DNA of 61,021 nt, taken from positions 1 through 61,021 of the IMG/VR virus record IMGVR_UViG_3300007276_000003; one strand, 5' to 3'. A model generated the notes under the pieces. That model made no database searches, had not been told where the DNA came from, and was given only the letters and a program-made list of their open reading frames with translations. The DNA is from a virus (lineage: Duplodnaviria > Caudoviricetes). Positions 9,401-17,295 of the stretch are shown here, one piece after another; the first letter of the stretch is position 1, and each line of letters begins with the position of its first letter. A program made the translations under genes and the position numbers.

Positions 9401-12106
9401 AACTACCTCACCATCTTGGAACTCATTAATTTTTTGTTCAGAAGTTTTATCTTGTTGTTGTTGCGTAGCAACTTCACCAACTAAAGATGATAACCTATCA
9501 TTAACTTTGTTTAATAACTCTTGCTTTGGTTTAGACAGTACATTGTCTTGAGTTTTAATTTCTGATTCAAGAGATTCTTTTTGAAAGATTAGTTGTAAAG
9601 CTTCTTTTCTTTGGTTAGTATTATATTCACTAGGTATTCTTGGTAGTATACCTTGTAATCTTTTTACTAAAGCTAATTCTTCTTGTGCTTCCCTTTTTGT
9701 TTTAGGGTCATTTGAATCAGCTATTTTTTGTTTGAGTTTGGTAACATACATCTTAGTGTAGTTCTCGTCTTTTGACATAGACTCAAACATTTCATATATC
9801 CTGTTGTCAAGCTTTTGTGCTTGTAATCCTGATACTGCATTGGCAACTGCACCCGGTGTACCTAATATGAAACCACCTACTGCCTCTTGCATACCTGCTC
9901 TGTTTACTTGAGCAATCCAATCCTGCCAAGTTTCAGGAGTTTGGAACATCTCCTTACCTTTGACATCATTGTAAATATCTTTTATAGTTATCTCTGCTGC
10001 TTCTTGTAATGCACCTGTTTCATATTCTGCCAAACCACCTGCACCAACAGTAAGCAATCCTCTTGCCATCATTGATTCTACATCTTGTCTGATAAATTCA
10101 CCAAATGATTTTGCAGTTGTATTTTTTGTAGACTTTTTTAATGCTCTACTAACTACGCTATTTAATAAACCCTTTTGACCAATTACGTTTCTAAAACCAA
10201 TTGCTTCTAGAGTACCTACTGCTACACCAATAGGAACGGCAACCATAGACTTTTCACTTTCAGTTACGTTATCGAAAGCTGCATTCTCTTCCATCTCCTC
10301 ATAAACGTGGTCTGTAACTTGTGCATACATCTGTGCAGTACGTTGTGCCCATCCTGCAGGACTAGAGCCACCTATCATAGCAGGTAGTGATTCTGTTAAT
10401 CCAAGTAATGCACCACCCCAAAATGATTCTTTTGCAGTATCACTCCATTGCTTAGTGGTATTGTCGCTACCTAATACTTCTCTCATCCCTCTACGACCTG
10501 CATCTAACATTCCTAATGTTACATCAGTTCCTTGAGCAGTTGCAGAGAATGGGTTTCTATATCTACCTTCTACTGCTTGGTCATAAGATTCAAATTCTTT
10601 GATTCCCTTACGAGCCAAGTCCATAACCTTTGCGTTTGCTTTATCAAACTCAGTTTCTTCAACTATAGGTATATTAAAAGCACTCGAACCTATTCTAGTA
10701 GCCATTGCTCCTTGTAGAATTTTTTCTCCAAGAAACTTCATATCGTTAGAATCACCACCAAGTTCTTCTATCAATTGTTCTTTACTTAGGTCATACACAC
10801 TTGGTAAAGTTTCTAGTGGTATCATTTTAGGTGTTCCTAACTCAGGGTCTAACACCTCTATCATACCATCTTTTACCCTACCTTCAGGATAAGTTTCTCT
10901 AAACTTACCCTCTTCAAATGAACCATTTTCTAATGCAACTCTAGCTATCTCTTCTTTATAATTCTTTTCACCCATACCTCTATTAGGTGTAAAGTAAGTA
11001 GCAGCATCAGTCATAGTATTCATTGCCGTAGTTCCAAATCTAGCAGCACCATCTAACAATGCATTAACAAATGCACCACCCGGTGCACCTTGTTCAGAAG
11101 CCATCTCATAATACTCACCTGCCATTTGGTCAAGCTTCTGTCCCTTTCTCTCAAAGTCTTTGTTTTGTTTTTTTAAATCTTCTAAAACTTTATTAGAAGC
11201 TTCTTTCGCTGAAACCCATTTGTCAAAGTTGGCTTTTAAAACAGGGTCAGCATTCAACTGTGCCTTAGTTACATTAGCAAAGTTTTTTTTGTATAGAAGG
11301 TCTAGTTTGTTTTTGTATAAAGCATACTGTTTTAAATTTGACTCAAACTCTTTTGATTCTTGATTAAAAGCTTTTACTGTATTAATAATCTGCTTTTCAT
11401 TATCTATCTTCCTTTTGTTTTCAATGATAGCAGTAGATTCGTCTATGATGACTTGGTTCTCTGCTTTATTTTCTCTTAGGAATTTTTGCAAAGCTTCAGC
11501 CTCACCTTTCTCTCCCCAAAAAGGGTCAAGGTTGGTATAGTGTTCGTTGCCATTTGCAGCCTTAACTTTCATACCATCACCTATCCCTGTTTCAGCAAAG
11601 GTGAATCCGTAATCATTAAATTGGTAGTTAAGTTTTGGAACTACATACTCTTCCTCATAATCTATAAGGTCTTTGTTAACACCTGCCATTGACTCTTCAA
11701 AAAAGTCAGCAGGTTGCTCGTCTAAAAGAGTACCATCATAAGGATTTTTTTCAACTATCGGAGTACCATCTTCCGATAAAGAGTCTGATTCGGGAGAAGG
11801 AGCAAAGGATTCCGGAGTATTCGGAAGTGCGAACTCTTCGGATACCAAACTTTCGGGTTCGTCTTTTTTTTTTACTTGCTCTACTGCTTCATCAACCAAC
11901 GTATCTCCACCTACGGCTCCACCAAAACCAACGAGAGTTTTGAATTGTTCCACATCTTTTGAGTAGCCATCACTTTGAGCAAGACCATACATAGTAGTTA
12001 ATGCCTTCTCATCTTCACTTAAAAGCTTTTTAAAATCATCAAATGTTTTACTATAGCCATCACCTTGTGCAAGTACATATAGTTGTTGTAATGCTTTTTC
12101 GTTCAT
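3407..12106 (-). CDS. Giant polyvalent putative ejection/internal virion protein with zincin metallopeptidase and SAM-dependent methyltransferase domains
   Basis: 2899 aa; HEIFH at 9032-9046; MTase motifs VLDYGAGLG, YDAIVSLNVLNVV, LKPGG; last large gene of the structural operon. Confidence 0.75.
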   Translation of the reverse strand: MNEKALQQLYVLAQGDGYSKTFDDFKKLLSEDEKALTTMYGLAQSDGYSKDVEQFKTLVGFGGAVGGDTLVDEAVEQVKKKDEPESLVSEEFALPNTPESFAPSPESDSLSEDGTPIVEKNPYDGTLLDEQPADFFEESMAGVNKDLIDYEEEYVVPKLNYQFNDYGFTFAETGIGDGMKVKAANGNEHYTNLDPFWGEKGEAEALQKFLRENKAENQVIIDESTAIIENKRKIDNEKQIINTVKAFNQESKEFESNLKQYALYKNKLDLLYKKNFANVTKAQLNADPVLKANFDKWVSAKEASNKVLEDLKKQNKDFERKGQKLDQMAGEYYEMASEQGAPGGAFVNALLDGAARFGTTAMNTMTDAATYFTPNRGMGEKNYKEEIARVALENGSFEEGKFRETYPEGRVKDGMIEVLDPELGTPKMIPLETLPSVYDLSKEQLIEELGGDSNDMKFLGEKILQGAMATRIGSSAFNIPIVEETEFDKANAKVMDLARKGIKEFESYDQAVEGRYRNPFSATAQGTDVTLGMLDAGRRGMREVLGSDNTTKQWSDTAKESFWGGALLGLTESLPAMIGGSSPAGWAQRTAQMYAQVTDHVYEEMEENAAFDNVTESEKSMVAVPIGVAVGTLEAIGFRNVIGQKGLLNSVVSRALKKSTKNTTAKSFGEFIRQDVESMMARGLLTVGAGGLAEYETGALQEAAEITIKDIYNDVKGKEMFQTPETWQDWIAQVNRAGMQEAVGGFILGTPGAVANAVSGLQAQKLDNRIYEMFESMSKDENYTKMYVTKLKQKIADSNDPKTKREAQEELALVKRLQGILPRIPSEYNTNQRKEALQLIFQKESLESEIKTQDNVLSKPKQELLNKVNDRLSSLVGEVATQQQQDKTSEQKINEFQDGEVVDNQSVNKPGNVTVEEQSDIDSFFNETEDSSEVKGQNIALNRSEDGSKNTNPFRSSVIKIADLGAKAISKVLPNVRIVMHETNEQYLKYAKLGDGRAEYNPDNTTIHINLSKATKTTVPHEIFHAVLMEKVKTDPAIARAAEQMVLSVQKVVPKDSALGKRIEAFAQGYEGEFQNEERLAELVGILSSEYRQLDKPSKNVIVEFLKSIARKFGIEIGNDFGAKDADVIDLLNVISRKTRKGEVIEESDIATLEELDNGTNPVGNPTTIVKPKGKQQKLNFKDSYPLSLITSANKIDIDALIDEIAENDQKVWFWVADQLGLDAEMDIDAGPSYALQQEGVAWASSFPVAKLEKNIKNSDYIFIISGSPTKSHLFNKKVYDAYTNKLGDYATFKKKALKTKPVKGVKDVLTEYDSWESIKEADGSVRKNFLIAHIAQEKTTNTEYHKLVKSLDGFIDPNSMRDGFYKENDFKQNDIMLVLKPTGVQEGSNHSTYSNNILGDVVGIPDTKIDAFELMPKEMRDSMEGRPRTTTSQKVAPYGSGVKKVTSRKQRQQKIDKALSKSSGTTQVATTTGSYVKAANIVNDLEIEGEVLDYGAGLGLGTDAMSQVLGTEVDSYELNPERWKGKTPVTYTKASDINKQYDAIVSLNVLNVVPKDVRDFIVEDIYENLKPGGVAVISSRGFKGDIANAKNFEKGPEDKSYIIKRKKGGEVVDVYQKGFDGNELVEYVQDLLGDKVNVYKKNTFGNRGIIVEKIDDTQSKPRGRQQKSVEQIAQYYGMNIYGFLPKQVDLYRLKKDLPPGIGVKQSRVDQYGRGGSYYLTNSRGYKINPYKNKGRQQKDIESYILEARRNNFRDDVIKDFLVRVKKFPAKLVNQLMALDVDLFDQMPKSFGNVKGGAQVGLALYQKVDAYRKKLQKSNNKRKNKLSEQQILDKTIEFLEQQKEYIAEADAKTKGISTQQAQMLSDLQSSIGIRPSQNLGTKIAQARLFLRQRRKGAKDLQKIKTEVRNFIRKSLPKELYRKGDVIKLIDKVNKATEKNIENILQEVTDFVIETNIKSLQKKIDGVLNGKYQAVENNRLKPKKIVDEVRKRIDKIKSNLVGPKATAEQIGEVNMKLLERFNELAQETQQTVEQREEMVDLQLAMQYNNAMLMENSNPNKVTELDGIYSTLEEMITFGRSLLQEELLRQHQYYNEQFEKGYEAITGDRVDMSDPDAKTNLNNRKKQRKADEKRKKATQNVVRRFFSNMFTKLGNYTFGSAEAMDGLMDRLDKLPGEMFGGRLNEMFTERVDESSRRFKMRMMEVESIIAGYLYETYGKKWKKVSRDNRMQQDLGIELHDGIMLEPISQDQIAYLYNMYKDPANRSSFANPEMWGVEVINKDDTAAEKKRKQKANEANAARVMKELEAKLDPKVKEVADWQVEVLYPALYEEYNKTYKKLYRTDLPWNKYYAGTIYRDGVPESEIEVINLLGQGNMYKTAVGAGATKVRQNSNLPIQAMNMMDVLNTYINDMEYFAAYGETIRDMDKFFTNRYVKGAITDIHGSEIYTFVKDMIQKVASQGQQSGIRAKIINGMNNVFILSRLALSPVITIKQLTSTFTYANDIGIKNWLLYAAKNKTQQLKVWKEVTENSVYMKDRNNQSIMRAIETYTDAKMKEFVPRPTKDWLVNFAMYTTKLGDRGAIMLGGLPNYSYYKAQALKQGKTEQEAIDIAIRKFERDTKRTQQSGDLQDKDYLQTGDPITRAMNMFLTTPKQYLRKEIIAVRNLYRAMSGQAYKGTFGENIRTFIMYHVFMPTLFQYVAMGLPGILRGWRDDDDEDLYRAGIIGNLNALFIIGEVVQTAADAFQDKPWAGSQAKTVGIIQIANGIAKDFMRAGKFKDEEKKAKAYRDAYLELATLTGLPMPTIAKFFDNYSKMGDEVDLGKMIMRLLNYSNYQIEGPKKKGSGKSEQTMDDFYKKIQKEKEKKAREDKKKAAGFNSSGGFNNAGFKNNSFDSKGFEGGFD

Positions 12107-12118
12107 CCTTAGTTCTAA

Positions 12119-14059
12119 TTAATATTCTGACATTCCACCACCACCTGTATTAGCTTTCCCTGATGCTTCAAAATTCTTAGCTGCATCTTCAGTTCCGTTG
12201 GATATAATCCAATCTCTCAATACTTGTGCATCAGCGTAGTCACTATTTGCACCATAGTTGGTATAGAAATTTTGCGTTGCTCCATTAGGTGCAGTAATTG
12301 TTACTTTGTTATATCCACTATTTGGAATTGTAACAGTAAATCCAAGTGCACCAAAGTCTGCTGAGAAGTCTGCAGCAAATTGGTCATCAGTCTTATTTGT
12401 TATATAATTACCTACAACTTTTTTACCTACATAAGTATTGGCTTTTTCCTGAGGAGTAAGTTTCTTATCAAGTTGTACTCCTGTTCCTGTTGGGTCAGTA
12501 TAATTCCAATCATCACCCATATTGCTATATCCACCTGCTGCATCCTCAATATCTCTAGGGTCAGTCACACCGTGAATTGCTACACCTGCTAATGCCCAAT
12601 CTTCTTGAGTAGGTTCAGTCCCTTTCTTAGCTATGAATATACCATTGTCCCCTGTTTTGTTTTTTCTATCATCAAGATAAATAACTTCAAGCCTTGAGTC
12701 ACCGTTACTATCAGTAATAAACTTCATATCCGTTATCCCCTTAGCCTCAGTTGCAGGGTCTTTAAGTATAGCATCTAGTATGTTTTCTCTTTGACCTGCA
12801 TCAGTTTCTTTAAATACATTCATCCATTGAGTTACTGCTGATTTTTCATCTTTGTCTTTATCACCTCTGTTATAAACATATTCAGGTGCATACCCATCTC
12901 TTTTACCTTCTTTCTCTCTAAATACTGCTTCTTGTTTCTCAGTATAATTTAAACCTATATCTATCTGTGATTCAAATGCTCTTTCAGCAACTGCTAGTTG
13001 GTCATCTGTTAATTTAAACTTGGGATTACCATTTTCAGTTGTTACTAAAATAACTTTTGCTTTTTCTTCTTCAGACAAAGCATCATAGTCTGCTTGAGTC
13101 TTACCTTCAGCATCTCCAAGAATATAAGTACTATATCCACCAACGTGGTCAAACAACATTGAAGCTGCATTACTTCCACTTGCTTCAGGAGATAGTTGAG
13201 ATTTTACATAGTTCATTTGTGCCTCTCTATATAGGCTAAGAGTTTTTAAATCAGCAACCTCAACACCTGTTAAAGTTGACATTTGTGCTAGTTGGTCATC
13301 TGTTAGTTCTGACATAGAACCACCCGGTCTTAATTTTTGTGTTACATCACTAATAGTAATTAATACATCAGCAGTTAATTTATTTCCTACATCTTCAAAT
13401 GCTGCTCTCTCATCTTTACCTAATGACTTTAACCACTTGTCAGATGCACCCATCATATCAAATTCCCTAGTGTCTGACTTTAATCTTTTTTGTAATGCAA
13501 ATGCAGTAGTTGAACTTTTTAATTTACCGTCTGCATCCATAACTCCAATACCCATCATCCCTGTATCAGGATTTATAGTTACTTCGTGGTTTGCTAAGTT
13601 ACCTAATCCCTCAATAGAAGCCATAAGTTCTGCTTCTAGTCCTGACAATCTTTCACCCGGAGGTGTGCCGTCTGCCATAAGTTCCATTTTTCTTTGGTAC
13701 TCATCTTGATAACCTTGTGCTAAACCATATAGTTGGTCTGTTCCGTCAACAAGATTTTGTTGCATTATGGTATATCTTTTAGGGTCAAGCTGACCTGACT
13801 TCAATAAAGTCAATTGCATTAATGCTTGTTTCTGTAGTTTATCTGCACCATCTAACGCAAATGTATTAGCTAAACCAAAGTCACCTTGAGGTGTATTATT
13901 TAATACTTCTTGGTATGCTCTAGATGCTTCATCTATTGCCTTCTTTTTTTCACCTCTTACTCGTACCTCTTCCTGCAAAACATTAGAAAAATTCTTTCCA
14001 ACTTCTGCCCAATTTATTTGGTCTTCTACTTTTCTTTCAACGTATTTATATGCAGTCAT
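12119..14059 (-). CDS. Putative internal virion/ejection protein
   Basis: 646 aa; lies between the tail genes and the giant gene, as in podoviruses. Confidence 0.5.
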   Translation of the reverse strand: MTAYKYVERKVEDQINWAEVGKNFSNVLQEEVRVRGEKKKAIDEASRAYQEVLNNTPQGDFGLANTFALDGADKLQKQALMQLTLLKSGQLDPKRYTIMQQNLVDGTDQLYGLAQGYQDEYQRKMELMADGTPPGERLSGLEAELMASIEGLGNLANHEVTINPDTGMMGIGVMDADGKLKSSTTAFALQKRLKSDTREFDMMGASDKWLKSLGKDERAAFEDVGNKLTADVLITISDVTQKLRPGGSMSELTDDQLAQMSTLTGVEVADLKTLSLYREAQMNYVKSQLSPEASGSNAASMLFDHVGGYSTYILGDAEGKTQADYDALSEEEKAKVILVTTENGNPKFKLTDDQLAVAERAFESQIDIGLNYTEKQEAVFREKEGKRDGYAPEYVYNRGDKDKDEKSAVTQWMNVFKETDAGQRENILDAILKDPATEAKGITDMKFITDSNGDSRLEVIYLDDRKNKTGDNGIFIAKKGTEPTQEDWALAGVAIHGVTDPRDIEDAAGGYSNMGDDWNYTDPTGTGVQLDKKLTPQEKANTYVGKKVVGNYITNKTDDQFAADFSADFGALGFTVTIPNSGYNKVTITAPNGATQNFYTNYGANSDYADAQVLRDWIISNGTEDAAKNFEASGKANTGGGGMSEY

Positions 14060-14062
14060 CTA

Positions 14063-14851
14063 TTATTGATTTAAGATATTAAAGGGGTCGTTATATTGGT
14101 TTACATAACTATCACTTTGAAACAACATTGATTCCTGTCCCGGAGTCATTCCTCTTTTAAACTGCCTGAACTGCTTATTGGTTAAATTATTTAGGTCGCT
14201 AAAATTTGTTAGGTTACCTAAAGAACCATCACCTTTTTGGTTAAATGTAGCTATGTCTAAACCTGTAACTCCACCTGCTGCAGATTTTTGAGCAGCAGTT
14301 CTTTGTGGAAATAATGGAGCCAATTGAATTGCTGATTGTGCTGCAGCTACTGTAGATTGAATACCTTGTTGTTTTGCTGCCTCTGCTCTAGCTTGTGCAT
14401 CTGCTGCTTTTTGCTGATTACCTGCAACCTCTTCTAGGTCTAAAGCCACATCTAAATCTCTTAGTCTTCCTTCTTCTTCTAATACTGCATTTTCAATATT
14501 AGTTAATTCATCAGCCATAGCAGTTCTTACTCCTGCTTGTCCTTGTTGTTGTGCAGCATATACTCTACCTGCAGTTGCTGCAGAACCTCTTTCGCTTTCA
14601 ATACCTGCCTCTGTTGCTTGTGCACCTGCACTAAGTAATGCTTCTCTTTCTAAATCGTAAGCTTCTTTTTTTACAGACATTTGTTCTGCAAAGTTTACGT
14701 CTAATTTTTTTCTAGCCTGAGCCATTGCCTTGGCTGCATCTTGTTCAGCTTGTGCTTGAAGTTTTCTTTGTTTTGAGGCTTGAGAAAAAGATGCACCTGC
14801 ACTAACTCCTGCGATAACTAAACCCCCTATTGCTGCCGTTGCTACTGCCAT
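14063..14851 (-). CDS. Putative ejection protein
   Basis: Gly/Ala hydrophobic N-terminus and Ala/Gln-rich helices. Confidence 0.55.
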   Translation of the reverse strand: MAVATAAIGGLVIAGVSAGASFSQASKQRKLQAQAEQDAAKAMAQARKKLDVNFAEQMSVKKEAYDLEREALLSAGAQATEAGIESERGSAATAGRVYAAQQQGQAGVRTAMADELTNIENAVLEEEGRLRDLDVALDLEEVAGNQQKAADAQARAEAAKQQGIQSTVAAAQSAIQLAPLFPQRTAAQKSAAGGVTGLDIATFNQKGDGSLGNLTNFSDLNNLTNKQFRQFKRGMTPGQESMLFQSDSYVNQYNDPFNILNQ

Positions 14852-14852
14852 A

Positions 14853-15266
14853 TTATAATATTTTTATCATTTCTTGTGTATATGAATCTGCCTTTTGATA
14901 GCCTAATGTTTCATATGTATCTTGTAGTGCTTTATGTTTAATCAAAGCATAACAATATTTAGCATCTAAATTCTTACACAAATTAGTTAATGTTTCAATT
15001 AACAACCCTATAGCATTAGTTCTGTGAGGTTTTTTTCTGTATTCTTTATTAGATACAATCCAATCTACCCAAGCCACCTTAGAGTTAGTCATATAAACAA
15101 ATCCTGCACATATTGGTGTGCCGTCTTCATCTAGTACCATCATACCACCTTTGCCATTGTCAGGAAGGAAATCTCTTGTTGGTGCTTTCCACCCCCAATC
15201 TTTCCACCATTTTACAAGGTAGGTATTATAATCGTCTAATTCAAGTGGTCTAACGTCAAAAGTCAT
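14853..15266 (-). CDS. GNAT-fold acetyltransferase-like protein
   Basis: Beta-strand pattern and terminal YETLGY motif; precedes the ejection genes. Confidence 0.55.
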   Translation of the reverse strand: MTFDVRPLELDDYNTYLVKWWKDWGWKAPTRDFLPDNGKGGMMVLDEDGTPICAGFVYMTNSKVAWVDWIVSNKEYRKKPHRTNAIGLLIETLTNLCKNLDAKYCYALIKHKALQDTYETLGYQKADSYTQEMIKIL

Positions 15267-15275
15267 TATACTTCA

Positions 15276-15283
15276 CAAAGATA
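15276..15283 (-). promoter_or_regulatory. Bacteroidota-type -7 element
   Basis: TATCTTTG on the minus strand upstream of 15266. Confidence 0.55.
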
Positions 15284-15289
15284 CTAAAA

Positions 15290-16111
15290 TTAAGGGAATG
15301 ATTTCATTACTTCACTTTCAACTGCAAACAGTTCTACTTTACTAGTATTGTTATTGATTAAGCTAAATACTGCATAATGTCCCAATATTCCGTGAGATTC
15401 TGCAACCGAACTTTTTATGTATAAAATATATTCTGTTTGTGTTGGTGGAACTTGAGCACCACCTATAAGAGTATTTACTATAATTTCATTAACACCATTA
15501 GGCAAATCAATATTTACAGATACAATTTGACCCATTAATTGTGGTGTAGTTCCAAAGTAAAGCATATCACCTATACTTATAATACTACCAATAGATACAC
15601 TAGTAGAAAATCTAACTAAATTTTGTCCTGCTTGTGGTGTATCAATAAGAATGTTTGAACTTGTAGCAATGCCATTTAATGAACGTAATGCATATTGATT
15701 TGCATTTGCAGGACTAGCAAGTGTTTGACCGGAGTTTCTTATAAAAGCAAAATAAGCTTGTTCTTTTTTCTCATAATAATCTGCATCTATAAACCCTGTG
15801 TCTTGTAAATCACTTTTAACTGTAGTTGTCCAAGAATCATCTCCTTCAAGATTCATAGTTTTAAATAATTTATTTTCTAAAGGTTGCTCATTAAAAACAG
15901 ACTCAACCTTAGAAGGATAATTAACACCATAGTATTGGTTTCTAGTTTCGTTAGTATTGTGACGAAAAACATTACCCCCTTTGAACGTATAAAAATAATT
16001 GTTCATACCTATCATCCAATCAGGATTATAGGAATAAAAAGATGGAAATCCTTTTACACCACTATCATAACTTAGTGTATAATTTACATTTTTATCTACT
16101 TGATTACTCAT
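15290..16111 (-). CDS. Tail structural protein
   Basis: Beta-rich protein in the tail module. Confidence 0.55.
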   Translation of the reverse strand: MSNQVDKNVNYTLSYDSGVKGFPSFYSYNPDWMIGMNNYFYTFKGGNVFRHNTNETRNQYYGVNYPSKVESVFNEQPLENKLFKTMNLEGDDSWTTTVKSDLQDTGFIDADYYEKKEQAYFAFIRNSGQTLASPANANQYALRSLNGIATSSNILIDTPQAGQNLVRFSTSVSIGSIISIGDMLYFGTTPQLMGQIVSVNIDLPNGVNEIIVNTLIGGAQVPPTQTEYILYIKSSVAESHGILGHYAVFSLINNNTSKVELFAVESEVMKSFP

Positions 16112-16123
16112 ATATTATTTTTT

Positions 16124-17284
16124 TTATGGACAATGAACTGTATCAGCACAATCATAATCTATAAATCCTTCTTGTACTGCATTTGTATATGTTCCTGAAC
16201 CCATATTAGTTATAGTTCCACAATAAACTTGTGCTTCTATTTGGAATGTAGTTTGGTTAATTCTTTTGTATTGAATTACTTCTCCTACACTATTTGTACC
16301 AAATCTATCATTAAATGTATATAGATTTTGATTAGTACAGTCTTGTACCGTAATATGATTACAACTATTTTGTTTGTTTATTACTACACCTCTAGGACCT
16401 ACCTCGTATGTGTATCCAAAAGGAGAACCATACCATCCTGCAGTAGCAGGTGTTGCACCATCGTGGTCTACAAATATATAGTCATTGATTCTAATATCAT
16501 TCTGTGCAGTTCCTGCAACAGGAACGTGATGAATAGCAGAGTTTAATTGTGCCGTACAAGCAGCCGAACTACTACTTTGAGGTGAAGTAGAAATTATTTG
16601 GTTTAAAGCAGTAGGGCATTGAACATTAAAGTTCCAAGCCGTACTATTACAAGGTCCAATAAAAGTAAAGTTTACTATGGCAGGACTTGCATTTGGTTTA
16701 GGAATAACCATAACACAATCACCCGGCTGACCGGCAGTCAACTGAGATTGACCTGATTGTATTTGAATAGTAGTAGGCTGATTAGTATTTACAAATTGAT
16801 TACCTATATATTGAAATACAGGTAAGTTAGGATATGTACCACCACCTGCAGTTCCACAATCTGAACCTGTAGAACCTATATAAGTAGGAACTCCCGGAAT
16901 TGTACTTTCAAGTAAACCAAACTGAGGAGAACTAACTGTGTTATAAACCACTCCATCATAAATTGCCATTATACCATCAGGTACACCTATAGGGTCAAAC
17001 TCAATAATTATAGCACCTGTATCGGCTGCAGTACCACCTACATCCATATCTAATTGATAAACACCCTGTGCTCCGTTCCCATTAATCTGTGTTCCACAAG
17101 GTGTTGCACAACTAGGACACGGTTGAGGAGGGAGTAGGTAACAATTAGAACCATTAAAAACTTGCTCTCTTGAGGTTATTCCATCGGAATAAAACCCTGC
17201 AGTTGCACAAATAGTTAAAGCAGCATCATCATATACTGCAGTTGCATTATTTAAAGTTGTTCCGTCTATATAAAAATTACTCAT
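16124..17284 (-). CDS. Cys/Gly/Thr-rich structural protein
   Basis: Composition and position in the tail module. Confidence 0.5.
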   Translation of the reverse strand: MSNFYIDGTTLNNATAVYDDAALTICATAGFYSDGITSREQVFNGSNCYLLPPQPCPSCATPCGTQINGNGAQGVYQLDMDVGGTAADTGAIIIEFDPIGVPDGIMAIYDGVVYNTVSSPQFGLLESTIPGVPTYIGSTGSDCGTAGGGTYPNLPVFQYIGNQFVNTNQPTTIQIQSGQSQLTAGQPGDCVMVIPKPNASPAIVNFTFIGPCNSTAWNFNVQCPTALNQIISTSPQSSSSAACTAQLNSAIHHVPVAGTAQNDIRINDYIFVDHDGATPATAGWYGSPFGYTYEVGPRGVVINKQNSCNHITVQDCTNQNLYTFNDRFGTNSVGEVIQYKRINQTTFQIEAQVYCGTITNMGSGTYTNAVQEGFIDYDCADTVHCP

Positions 17285-17295
17285 AATATTTAATT

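Noticed and set aside
5067-11943. Plus-strand ORFs inside the giant gene
   Set aside because: Antisense shadows with no motifs or initiation context.
3407-12106. crAss-like or N4-like virion RNA polymerase
   Set aside because: No convincing DxDxD catalytic motif (DAEMDIDAG does not fit) and host-type promoters are abundant; an HMM search would settle it.
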